NCBI GenBank assembly: GCA_044448445.1
Contig: JBIOGX010000001.1
Location: 1 to 32,519, forward strand
Direction of reading: 5' to 3'
Length of the DNA: 32,519 nucleotides
Origin: Chitinophagales bacterium
GTDB lineage: Bacteria; Bacteroidota; Bacteroidia; Chitinophagales; Chitinophagaceae
Shown: piece after piece, positions 19,137 through 27,900 of the stretch
Layout of the letters: each line of letters opens with the position of its first letter
Position numbering within the stretch: the first letter of the stretch is position 1
Notes under the pieces: generated by a model
Told to the model about the DNA's origin: nothing
Seen by the model: only the letters and a program-made list of their open reading frames with translations
The model's database searches: none
Program-made: the position numbers and the translations under genes

Positions 19137-19444
19137 TGGAAGAGATGACAACAATAACGGAAGTAATAAACAAGCTCCGTGCTGACGGATATACGGAGGA
19201 CTTCAATCTGCAGCAGAACTGCCTGGTCTGCCGCAACGGGCACTATACTGTATTCCATAACGAGTTTGTTATTGACAAAGTCTATCGTTTTGAAGGGGGC
19301 AGTGATCCTGCGGATGAAGCAACTGTTTACGCTATATCCAGCCCCAGGTATGGCATCAAGGGTGTGCTCGTTAACGGAGCGGGCATATACACGGATGAAT
19401 TGACCGATGAAATGCTGGAGTCGCTGAAGATGAACAGAAAATGA
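19136..19444 (+). CDS. Conserved Bacteroidota hypothetical protein (family often mislabelled phosphoribosylpyrophosphate synthetase)
   Basis: T..E.IN.L...GYTEDF, F.ID..YRFEG.SDP.D...VYAI and KGVLVNG.G.Y pattern. Confidence 0.8.
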   Translation: MEEMTTITEVINKLRADGYTEDFNLQQNCLVCRNGHYTVFHNEFVIDKVYRFEGGSDPADEATVYAISSPRYGIKGVLVNGAGIYTDELTDEMLESLKMNRK

Positions 19445-19480
19445 CTCAACCCTTTGGCCGGGCGCACCACGATAAAAGTG

Positions 19481-20482
19481 TCAATACCTGAACCAGATTT
19501 CCGTTGCCCCGAAACCATACTTACCGCTCCATTCATTTTTAAAGCTGCTGACTTCTGGTATTTGTTTGAGAACAGCATGCACTTCTTCCCGTAGCTTTCC
19601 CTTACCGAGGCCATGTATCACTACCATTCGCTCCTGGCGGTGCACTATGGCAAGATGCAGATAATGCTGCAGGGTATCTAATTGTATTTTCACAATCTCA
19701 GCATTGCTGATGCCCCGTTTGTTGTTTACGAGCGCCTCAATATGCAGGTCTATCTCATATTTAGCGGGTTCTATAGTTTTTGCCGTGACCAACGGTATGG
19801 CTTTGGACTTTGCCGGAGGCTCAAACTTTTCTTTAGGTTCCATTTTTTTCTTAGGTGCAAAATCTTCAATCAGCGAATAGCTAAAGGTCGGTTCATTATG
19901 CTTCATCAGGTGGGTGATGTGTTCAAACAACTTAGCCGGGCGTATGCGCAGCACACCTTCTGCTGTTTCCAGGTTTGTATTTACAGTATCAGTTAACTGC
20001 CAGTGAAACCGTGGCTGGTCATTCATATCCGGGTAACTGATGCTATGCAGGTAAACATTACCAAAGGCATGTAGCACGCCCTCATGCCTGAAAGCACTTT
20101 TGTTGGATAAGCGCACATCATACACAAACTTCACGGCCTGCGGCAATTCATTGAGCAGGTACACCTTCAGATGATCCACAACTTCTTCCAGGTCTTCTGT
20201 TTTGTAAACCGGCATAAAGGACAGATACACTCCTTTTGCAAGGCGTTGTTTCCTGCCCTCCGCTTTCTCAACAGGCAATTGTTCTGGTAGTGATTGCTTT
20301 TTCTTTTTAGCGTTTTTGTCTGTAAACCATTTCAGGTAGGGATGATCTATATCTTCCAAATGCACAGGAAAAGTAGTCCCGCCTACTTCCACCTCCAGCA
20401 TTTGCTGGTTGATGAAAGCGGTTACATGGCCTTCCTCGCCGGTGCGCTTCAAGACTATCCTATCGCCTATGGAAAATTTCAT
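19481..20482 (-). CDS. Smr/MutS2-domain protein (N-terminal KOW-like region, DUF2027-like middle)
   Basis: MKFSIGDRI, EIDLHIEAL, VIHGLGKGKLREEV and YGFGATEI. Confidence 0.88.
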   Translation of the reverse strand: MKFSIGDRIVLKRTGEEGHVTAFINQQMLEVEVGGTTFPVHLEDIDHPYLKWFTDKNAKKKKQSLPEQLPVEKAEGRKQRLAKGVYLSFMPVYKTEDLEEVVDHLKVYLLNELPQAVKFVYDVRLSNKSAFRHEGVLHAFGNVYLHSISYPDMNDQPRFHWQLTDTVNTNLETAEGVLRIRPAKLFEHITHLMKHNEPTFSYSLIEDFAPKKKMEPKEKFEPPAKSKAIPLVTAKTIEPAKYEIDLHIEALVNNKRGISNAEIVKIQLDTLQHYLHLAIVHRQERMVVIHGLGKGKLREEVHAVLKQIPEVSSFKNEWSGKYGFGATEIWFRY

Positions 20483-20536
20483 ACAGTAAAACTAAGTGTA
20501 ACAATAAACTTCTCGTAAAGGAGCAAAGATAAAGGA

Positions 20537-21121
20537 TCAGGAAGTTAGCATTCTGTCTTTTAAAAATTCCACCATTTTCTTTATTGCCTTTCCCCTATGA
20601 CTAATACTATTTTTAATACTCAGCGACAGTTCCGCGAATGTTTTATCATAACCATCCGGTATAAATATGGGATCATAGCCAAAGCCGCCCTGCCCTCTTT
20701 TTTCTTCAATGATTACTCCATTACATATTCCCTCAAAATAGTACACCTCACCATCCCAAATAAGGCATATAACCGCCTTGTAAAATGCACTCCTGTCAGC
20801 AACGCCATTAAGCTCTGTGAGTACTTTTTGCAGGTTCTGCTCATCATCCCGCTCCCCTGAATAGTGAGCGCTATCCACACCCGGAGCGCCATGCAGTGCA
20901 TTTACACACAGCCCGCTGTCATCGGCAAAAACATTTTTCCCGCAATACTTATGGATAGCTGACGCCTTGGCAAGCGCATTTTCCTCAAAGGTATGGTATG
21001 GCTCAGGTATCTCTGCAGTAAAATCAATATCACCAAGCGATAACAGCTCTATGTCCACTACCATCTGCCTTATCTCCCTGATCTTACCTTCGTTATTGGA
21101 TGCGATTACAAGCTGTTGCAT
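20537..21121 (-). CDS. rdgB: RdgB/HAM1 non-canonical purine NTP pyrophosphatase
   Basis: ASNNEGKIRE, TFEENALAKA, ADDSGL, GFGYDPIF and KNSISHRGKA. Confidence 0.96.
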   Translation of the reverse strand: MQQLVIASNNEGKIREIRQMVVDIELLSLGDIDFTAEIPEPYHTFEENALAKASAIHKYCGKNVFADDSGLCVNALHGAPGVDSAHYSGERDDEQNLQKVLTELNGVADRSAFYKAVICLIWDGEVYYFEGICNGVIIEEKRGQGGFGYDPIFIPDGYDKTFAELSLSIKNSISHRGKAIKKMVEFLKDRMLTS

Positions 21122-21126
21122 ATATG

Positions 21127-21134
21127 CAAAAGTA
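21127..21134 (-). promoter_or_regulatory. -7 promoter element of rdgB
   Basis: Minus strand reads TACTTTTG-catat-ATG. Confidence 0.6.
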
Positions 21135-21181
21135 AGAAGTTGATAAGTAGTAAAATTTCACACCTGCCTGCAGGTAGGTTT

Positions 21182-22081
21182 TCACTTCAACCGGCTGCTT
21201 ACAACGAGGTCTTTACTGCCCGGCGTATATTTATAAAAGCCTTCCCCTGATTTAGCGCCCAGATAACCTGCCTGTACCATGTTTATGAGCAAGGTAGCGG
21301 GAGCATACTTCGGCTTACCAATGCCTGTGTATAACACATTCATAATGGAAAGGCAGGTATCAAGGCCGATGAAGTCGGCAAGCTGGAGCGGGCCCATAGG
21401 GTGCGCCATTCCAAGCTTCATAATGGTATCTATCTCCGCAACACCCGCTACGCCTTCCTGCAATGTTATGATCGCTTCATTGATCATAGGCATGAGAATA
21501 CGGTTGGCGACAAAACCCGGGTAGTCATTTGCCACGCAGGGCACTTTGCCAAGTTGCTCAGACAGCTCATAAACAGTTTTTGTAATCGCCGCATCGGTAG
21601 CATAACCATTGATCACCTCCACCAGCTTCATCACCGGCACGGGATTCATGAAGTGCATTCCTATCACCTTGCCGGGACGTTTGGTAACGGCAGCTATGCG
21701 CGTGATAGATATAGAAGAAGTATTGGTAGCGAGTATGCAACCATCGGGACAATGCTGATCAAGCTGGCGAAAGATATTCAGCTTCAGATCTATGTTCTCC
21801 GTAGCAGCTTCTACAACGAGATCCGCATCTTTCACTGCGGCAGCCATATCCGTAAAGGTACTGATACGGCCCAGTGATTGTTGTTTTGCCTCCTCTGTAA
21901 GTGCACCTTTGGCTACCTGGCGGTCCATATTTTTGCTGATGGTTGCTATAGCTTTATCCAGCGCACCCTGGTTAATATCCATCATGTACACATCAAAACC
22001 ATTTTGAGCAAATACATGGCAGATGCCGTTGCCCATAGTACCGGAACCTATTACTGTAACTATCTTTAATTTGACTGACAT
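21182..22081 (-). CDS. hbd: 3-hydroxybutyryl-CoA dehydrogenase
   Basis: VIGSGTMGNGI, VEAATEN, TNTSSISIT, GMHFMNPVPVM, PGFVANR and HPMGPLQLADFIGLD. ATG 22081 preferred. Confidence 0.93.
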   Translation of the reverse strand: MSVKLKIVTVIGSGTMGNGICHVFAQNGFDVYMMDINQGALDKAIATISKNMDRQVAKGALTEEAKQQSLGRISTFTDMAAAVKDADLVVEAATENIDLKLNIFRQLDQHCPDGCILATNTSSISITRIAAVTKRPGKVIGMHFMNPVPVMKLVEVINGYATDAAITKTVYELSEQLGKVPCVANDYPGFVANRILMPMINEAIITLQEGVAGVAEIDTIMKLGMAHPMGPLQLADFIGLDTCLSIMNVLYTGIGKPKYAPATLLINMVQAGYLGAKSGEGFYKYTPGSKDLVVSSRLK

Positions 22082-22185
22082 ATAATATATGTTTTTCTTT
22101 TCGCCCGGCAAGGTAAGCATTGCAAACTCAAAATTCAAGAACTGTCATCAGGCAGGCAGAGTAAAAGTTATGTTCATTTTTATTA

Positions 22186-22218
22186 AGATTTGTCAACTTT
22201 TAAAAAGTTGACAAATCT
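22186..22218. repeat. Perfect 16-bp inverted repeat
   Basis: AGATTTGTCAACTTTT-a-AAAAGTTGACAAATCT between divergent hbd and pth. Confidence 0.9.
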
Positions 22219-22259
22219 GGCGAAGTATTATTCAAAAGTAAAAAAGTTATCTTCGCTGC

Positions 22260-22820
22260 ATGAAATTCCTTATCGTCGGGTTAGGTAATATAGGGATGGA
22301 GTATGACGCTACACGCCACAACATTGGTTTTGAAGTGGCGGATACTTTTGTGATAAAAAACGGGGGCAAGTATGAATTAAGCAGGCACGCCTTTGTATCT
22401 GAGGTAAAGTGGAAGGGCAAAACTTTTGTAGTAATAAAGCCTACTACCTATATGAACCTCAGTGGCAAGGCAGTAAAATACTGGCTTGACCATGAAAAGA
22501 TACCCCTGGAAAATATGCTCGTGATTGTTGACGATATAGCTCTGCCGCTTGGCACATTAAGATTGCGTGCTTCCGGCAGCGATGCGGGGCATAATGGCCT
22601 TAAAAATATCCACCTCCTGCTGATGACAGATAAATACCCCCGCCTGCGTTTTGGTATTGGCAGTGATTTTCCTAAAGGCAGGCAGATTGATTATGTTCTT
22701 GGAAAATGGAAACCATCAGAAGTACCTGTGGTAAAGGGTATGCTGCTGAAAAGCGTTGATGCAATAGAGTGTTTTGCCACACAAGGGATAGGCAAGGCAA
22801 TGACGGAGTTTAATAAGTAA
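22260..22820 (+). CDS. pth: Peptidyl-tRNA hydrolase
   Basis: LIVGLGN.G..Y..TRHNIGF, KPTTYMNLSG, GHNGLK and RLRFGIG. Confidence 0.97.
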   Translation: MKFLIVGLGNIGMEYDATRHNIGFEVADTFVIKNGGKYELSRHAFVSEVKWKGKTFVVIKPTTYMNLSGKAVKYWLDHEKIPLENMLVIVDDIALPLGTLRLRASGSDAGHNGLKNIHLLLMTDKYPRLRFGIGSDFPKGRQIDYVLGKWKPSEVPVVKGMLLKSVDAIECFATQGIGKAMTEFNK

Positions 22821-22908
22821 TTGCTCAATGGCTCAATTGGGTGTCTCACATCTGTCTATGTCAGACAAAGTTACTGTTGTATAAAACATATTCACCAGTG
22901 AAGCCCCT

Positions 22909-24555
22909 TCAAGGGTTTGGGGTATCCGGCTGATGGAAAGAATATCTGTAATCCGTTGGAGATACATAAGTTTCTTTGATCGTTCTCGCACTCAGCCAGC
23001 GGTAAAGGTTGAGTATAGAACCCGCCTTATCGTTAGTACCTGATGCCCGCGCGCCGCCAAATGGCTGCTGGCCTACCACCGCCCCCGTCGGTTTATCATT
23101 GATATAGAAATTGCCTGCACTGTTTACCAATGCCTTCGTCATGTATTCAATAGCGTGGCGGTCTTGAGCGAATATAGCGCCAGTGAGGGCATAAGGTGAC
23201 GTGCTATCCAATACATCCAGTGTTTGTATCCACTGGTCTGCTTCGTACACATAGATGGTAAGCACCGGGCCGAATACTTCTTCGCACATGGTTACATAAG
23301 AGGGATCAGTTGTTTCTATAACCGTAGGTTCTATAAACCAGCCTTTCGACTTATCACACTTGCCGCCGCACAATATCTTTGCAGCGCCATTGCTGTCCTT
23401 TACGTTGTCTATGTACTTTGCAATGCTGTCGAATGATTTTTCATCTATCACTGCATTGATGAAGTTGGTAAAATCATCCACCACTCCCATCTTCATGGTT
23501 TTAAGCTCTGCTACGAGTTTTGTTTTTATCTCATCGGCAAGGTTAGCCGGCAGGTAAGCGCGGGAAGCAGCGGAACATTTCTGCCCCTGGTATTCAAATG
23601 CGCCTCTTGCCAATCCTGCTACCACTGCATCCACCTGGGCGGTGGGATGAACGAACACAAAATCCTTTCCTCCCGTCTCCCCTACTATACGTGGATAAGA
23701 CTTATACCTCGCTATGTTAGCGCCTATGCTTTTCCACATACTCTGGAACACAACGGTGGAACCTGTATAGTGCACACCGGCAAAATAAGGATGCGCATAA
23801 CATATCTCACCCACCACCGGGCCGGAAGGATAGATCAGGTTGATAACCCCATTAGGCAGCCCGGCCTCCATAAGTATCTCCATAAACACACTGGCTGAGT
23901 AAACCTGTGTATTGGCGGGCTTCCATACCACCACATTACCACACATAGCCGGAGCCGTTGGCAGATTACCACCAATAGCAGAGAAGTTAAATGGGGTGAC
24001 AGCCAGTACAAAACCTTCGAGTGGGCGGTATTCCAAACGGTTGTTCATGCCTTGCGGCGATAATGGCTGTTGCTTATATATCTGGCTGAGGAAGTGTACA
24101 TTGAAGCGAAGAAAATCAATCAGCTCACACGCGCTGTCTATCTCTGCCTGGAAAGCGTTTTTGCTTTGCCCAAGCATAGTAGCGGCGTTCATCTTAAAGC
24201 GGTACTTGGTAGCGAGCAGTTCAGCAGCCTTTAAGAATATGGAAGCGCGGTGTTCCCAGCTTGTGGCGGCCCAGGTTTCACGGGTAGCGAGGGCTGCATC
24301 TATAGCGTCATTAATGTGCTGTTCATTAGAAACATGAAAATGCCCCAGTAGGTGTGCTGTTTCATGCGGGGGGCGTATCTCTTTTTTATTTTCGCTACGC
24401 ACTTCCCTGCCATTAATATACATAGGTATATCCCGCTGGTGCTTTTTCATGTCCGCCACAGCTTTCTGCAATGCTTTGCGCTCATGGCTATTCGGAGCGT
24501 AACTTAATATCGGTTCATTCTTTGGTTCTGCGAAATCGAAATATGCGTTATTCAT
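22909..24555 (-). CDS. pruA: L-glutamate gamma-semialdehyde (P5C) dehydrogenase
   Basis: AEIDSACELIDFLRFN, PFNF, GETGGKDF, FEYQGQKCSAASR, YALTGAIF and NDKPTGAVVGQQPFGGARASGTNDKAG. Confidence 0.96.
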   Translation of the reverse strand: MNNAYFDFAEPKNEPILSYAPNSHERKALQKAVADMKKHQRDIPMYINGREVRSENKKEIRPPHETAHLLGHFHVSNEQHINDAIDAALATRETWAATSWEHRASIFLKAAELLATKYRFKMNAATMLGQSKNAFQAEIDSACELIDFLRFNVHFLSQIYKQQPLSPQGMNNRLEYRPLEGFVLAVTPFNFSAIGGNLPTAPAMCGNVVVWKPANTQVYSASVFMEILMEAGLPNGVINLIYPSGPVVGEICYAHPYFAGVHYTGSTVVFQSMWKSIGANIARYKSYPRIVGETGGKDFVFVHPTAQVDAVVAGLARGAFEYQGQKCSAASRAYLPANLADEIKTKLVAELKTMKMGVVDDFTNFINAVIDEKSFDSIAKYIDNVKDSNGAAKILCGGKCDKSKGWFIEPTVIETTDPSYVTMCEEVFGPVLTIYVYEADQWIQTLDVLDSTSPYALTGAIFAQDRHAIEYMTKALVNSAGNFYINDKPTGAVVGQQPFGGARASGTNDKAGSILNLYRWLSARTIKETYVSPTDYRYSFHQPDTPNP

Positions 24556-24578
24556 TTTTTAATGGAATTGGGGGTTGG

Positions 24579-24596
24579 TCCCGATAACTATCGGGA
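24579..24596. repeat. Short palindrome TCCCGATA-ac-TATCGGGA in the pruA leader
   Basis: 8-bp inverted repeat between the -7 box (TAACTTTG, minus strand 24604-24611) and the pruA start. Confidence 0.7.
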
Positions 24597-24687
24597 TGGA
24601 TTGCAAAGTTAATGAGCTAATTTGGATAATTAACCCAGGTTGATAAAGATTTTATCGCATTTGCTTAGCCGAAGGATTACTATTAAA

Positions 24688-24996
24688 CCTCTGTTGCGTC
24701 GCACTCTTGTACGTTCAGGGCACTCTCCTCCTGTTGCGAGCCTGCCTGCCGATAGGCAGGGAACGAAGCAATAGGAGGAGTACCCGCCGCGGCGGGGAGG
24801 TGGTTAGAGCCTGCCCTGATGAACCCAGGGGGCGGAAATTAAAAAAGCCCCATCAATGCCGTCATTGCGAAGCGCTGCATAGCTTGAAGCAGAGCCAGCG
24901 TTGTGGCAATCTCCTGAATATTTGCTATCCGCTCCACCTACGCAACACCTCCCTCCGCTCTCCGCTCTGTTTCTCCGCTCTCTCCACTAGGTGAGG
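24688..24996. repeat. Cluster of nested short palindromic/REP-like elements
   Basis: CCTGCCTGCCGATAGGCAGG (~24741-24760), CCCGCCGCGGCGGG (24783-24796), CCCTG-atgaacc-CAGGG, GTCATTGCGA...GCAATCTC (24861-24913) and TCCGCTC x3 (~24954-24980). Confidence 0.7.
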
Positions 24997-27900
24997 TTAC
25001 CTCGCCACCACTATCTTTCCCTTGCTTATCATGCTTTTTTCACTGTTTGCCTGGTAGAAGTAAACCCCCGTAGGCTGATGGCTCGCATCCCAATACGACT
25101 TACCGGTATTATTACCCGTATGCAGTTCCATCACTTTTTCTCCGAGTATGTTTGTTACCACTATCCTTATATCACCATTCGCCTGCGGTATATTGTAGGC
25201 AAAGGTTACCGTCCCGTTTGCAGGATTAGGATATACCGTAAACTGATCGCCCGCTTTTTTCTTAATTCCGTCAACAGGGGTATTCAAATTACCCGCTACC
25301 GGTTTCTTTGGCGGTGGAGGAGCGGTTCTATAATTGGAAGCATTTGAAAGGATACAAGGCACAGTATAAGGAGGGGAAGAAAATACCCCGCTGCTGACGC
25401 TGGTAAGGTTGACGGTAACATTCCTAAGGAGTTGCTGACCGATAAATGGAGTAAATACAGGCACGCTCGTGGTATCTAACTTGGCTATCTCCATACTGTC
25501 TAACCGCAATATATTCCTGCCATCTTTTTCGGCTTTATATAAAACCTTCCATATCTTTGCATAGGCTTGGTCAGCATTATTAACATTTGTGTTTCCACCC
25601 TGGGCTGTATTCCCCATATTATTCTGCTGCGTAGTGTCTGTACCTTGTGTGCTGTCTGTCCCTGTTCCCACCTGCTGCACAGCATTATTAGGATTTAGGC
25701 TCTGAAATATACTGTCCGCCACATCATATTGCCCGCGGTAGTTGTAGTAGCCTACGCGGTCATTCTGCGGCCAGAACCCTTTCAGATTCTGCACCCAGGT
25801 ATCAAGGCTGTCAAGGCCAAAATAATAGCTGTTGCTGTCCCGCATGTAATAAACGCTGGTACTGTCTGTGCATATACCCGCGCCTGTAGTATCATTAACG
25901 CTTACAGCCGTGTCTAAACAGGTTCTCAGCGACATCATGATTACATTGGCGTCATCACACGCAGCCATCACCGAGATATTGATCGCCGCTTCCAGCGAGG
26001 TACGCGGCGTGGTTCGTTGCGCGGCGTTCAGCACGGTGTCGGTATAATCGGTGGTATAATCATTCTGGATATCCACGCCGGTATAGTAATTTACCATAGC
26101 AGCCAGGAAATCACCGTTGTGCAAATTATCAGGGTTCAGCACAAGGAGGCTTACCACCTCGCTGTCGGGCCACTTGCTCACATTAAAGAACTCCTGCACC
26201 ACAGCCTGCGAGAGATAAGGGGAATGTGAAATACAGGTATCATACAATAGCGCCAGCGAGGCCGAATCAGTCGTAGTGTCTATAGCAGATATTAGATCAT
26301 ACGTTAAGCCGCCCATGTCTATCAGGCTGTTATACGTTTCCATCGAATCTCTCCATGCCTCTTTGTTACTAAAGAACGCTCCCTTGTAGGTTTCCAATAC
26401 ACCCGGGTCTATTCTAACAGGTAAACCGGTACTTCCTCCCGTATTTAATGTTGACGAGCATGATTTAGTGTAATTGGTAGCGGTAGCTATATTGGGAGAT
26501 GACAAGTGAGGATTTTCAGCCGTGGCATTGGAAGTATCGTAATAATAATTTATCGCTCCGCTGTTATTAATGAACCTGTTCGTTGAATTGGAAAAAGTAT
26601 TACCTGCCGTGATATAAGCGCCTCCCGTATAGCCGCCCTGGTATTGTGCTATTCCCTGGCCAATCAATCCATCGGGCGCTACTTGTATATCCGTGTAATC
26701 AGTACCGAAAGTATTGCAGAGTACCTGTAACCCGGTAGTAAAACCGCCGCCGGTCGTCCTGTTCTCTCCTATCGCATATACGCCGTATGTCAGGCTGTCA
26801 AATGAATTGAGATATACTTTATTTTGCTGAAAAATGCTTGTACAGGTATTGGCCACAACAGCGCCGAAGTTATGCCAGTAGGTAGTCTGTGGCGGAGACC
26901 CTATAAAATTATTACCCTCCATCCTGAAATTGTATGCGTTTTGTATCAGTATGCCTATATTCTGGCCGCAGTTGGTGGAATCCTCGGTTATATCCGTCAT
27001 GGGCACTCCATGGCCTATCTTAAAATTGCACAGCGTAGTAGAGGTATTATTTTCTGCCGATACATTGACCCCAACAGAGCATGAGTCAAAATCTGCCTGG
27101 TCTATGCTTATGGGTATGTCTGCGCTATAAACTCCCTGTATGGATATGGCATTTCCGAAACCGCTGAACCGCGAGGGTATCCAGGAACCACCTATGCAAC
27201 TGCCTGTACCTGCTGAGGCGTAGCCGCTGCAATAGCGCGCTACATAAAATCCGCCGCCATCAACAGCGTGTATCCCTTCGCCAAATCTATTATCCGCAGT
27301 TGTGGTGTAGCGGTTGAGGAATTGGCAACCGCTGAAAGCAACACCGTCCACATCGCTAAGAAAGCTGTGATACCAGAAAGGATAACCCCAGCTATTGCCC
27401 TTGTAGCCATTATCCAGCAGGAAGGTGCAGTTACTGAAACCAGATAGGTTGTCATGCAAACCGGAGACATCATAATTATGATAGCCATAAAACGAAACGC
27501 TCACATGATTGTTTAAAAAAACTGAGTTTGTTGCCCAAATAGCCCCGCCCGTAGCTGTATCCGAGTTCCACCTGTCGCAGTTGGATACCGCATAGCGCGC
27601 GTTCTCTATCACCGAATTTGTTATCTGCACTCTCGCGTGGTGGGCAAAGTCGTTTTGCGGAGAGAAAGTGCCGCCATTCCCCAGCGCCTCTATCCCAAAC
27701 CACATACACCCTTCACACTCATTGGTAATTTTACTCCCATTAACCACCAGCTTACCACCCGGTTCTACAATGATCACACCGTTTTTCGGCATGTGTACCG
27801 TTATACTGTTCATATCCAGTTCAGCCCCAGGCTCTATCACTATCGCCCCGGTTATGTATTTATCCGTGGTCCAGGTAGTATTGGTAGTAATGGTATCTCC

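Noticed and set aside
19136-19444. PRPP synthetase annotation
   Set aside because: Only 102 aa, with no PRTase motif.
22082-22138. Extended N-terminus of hbd
   Set aside because: The Rossmann motif begins just after ATG 22081.
24707-24994. 95-aa plus-strand ORF
   Set aside because: TTG start, built from palindromic repeat DNA, with no protein-like features.
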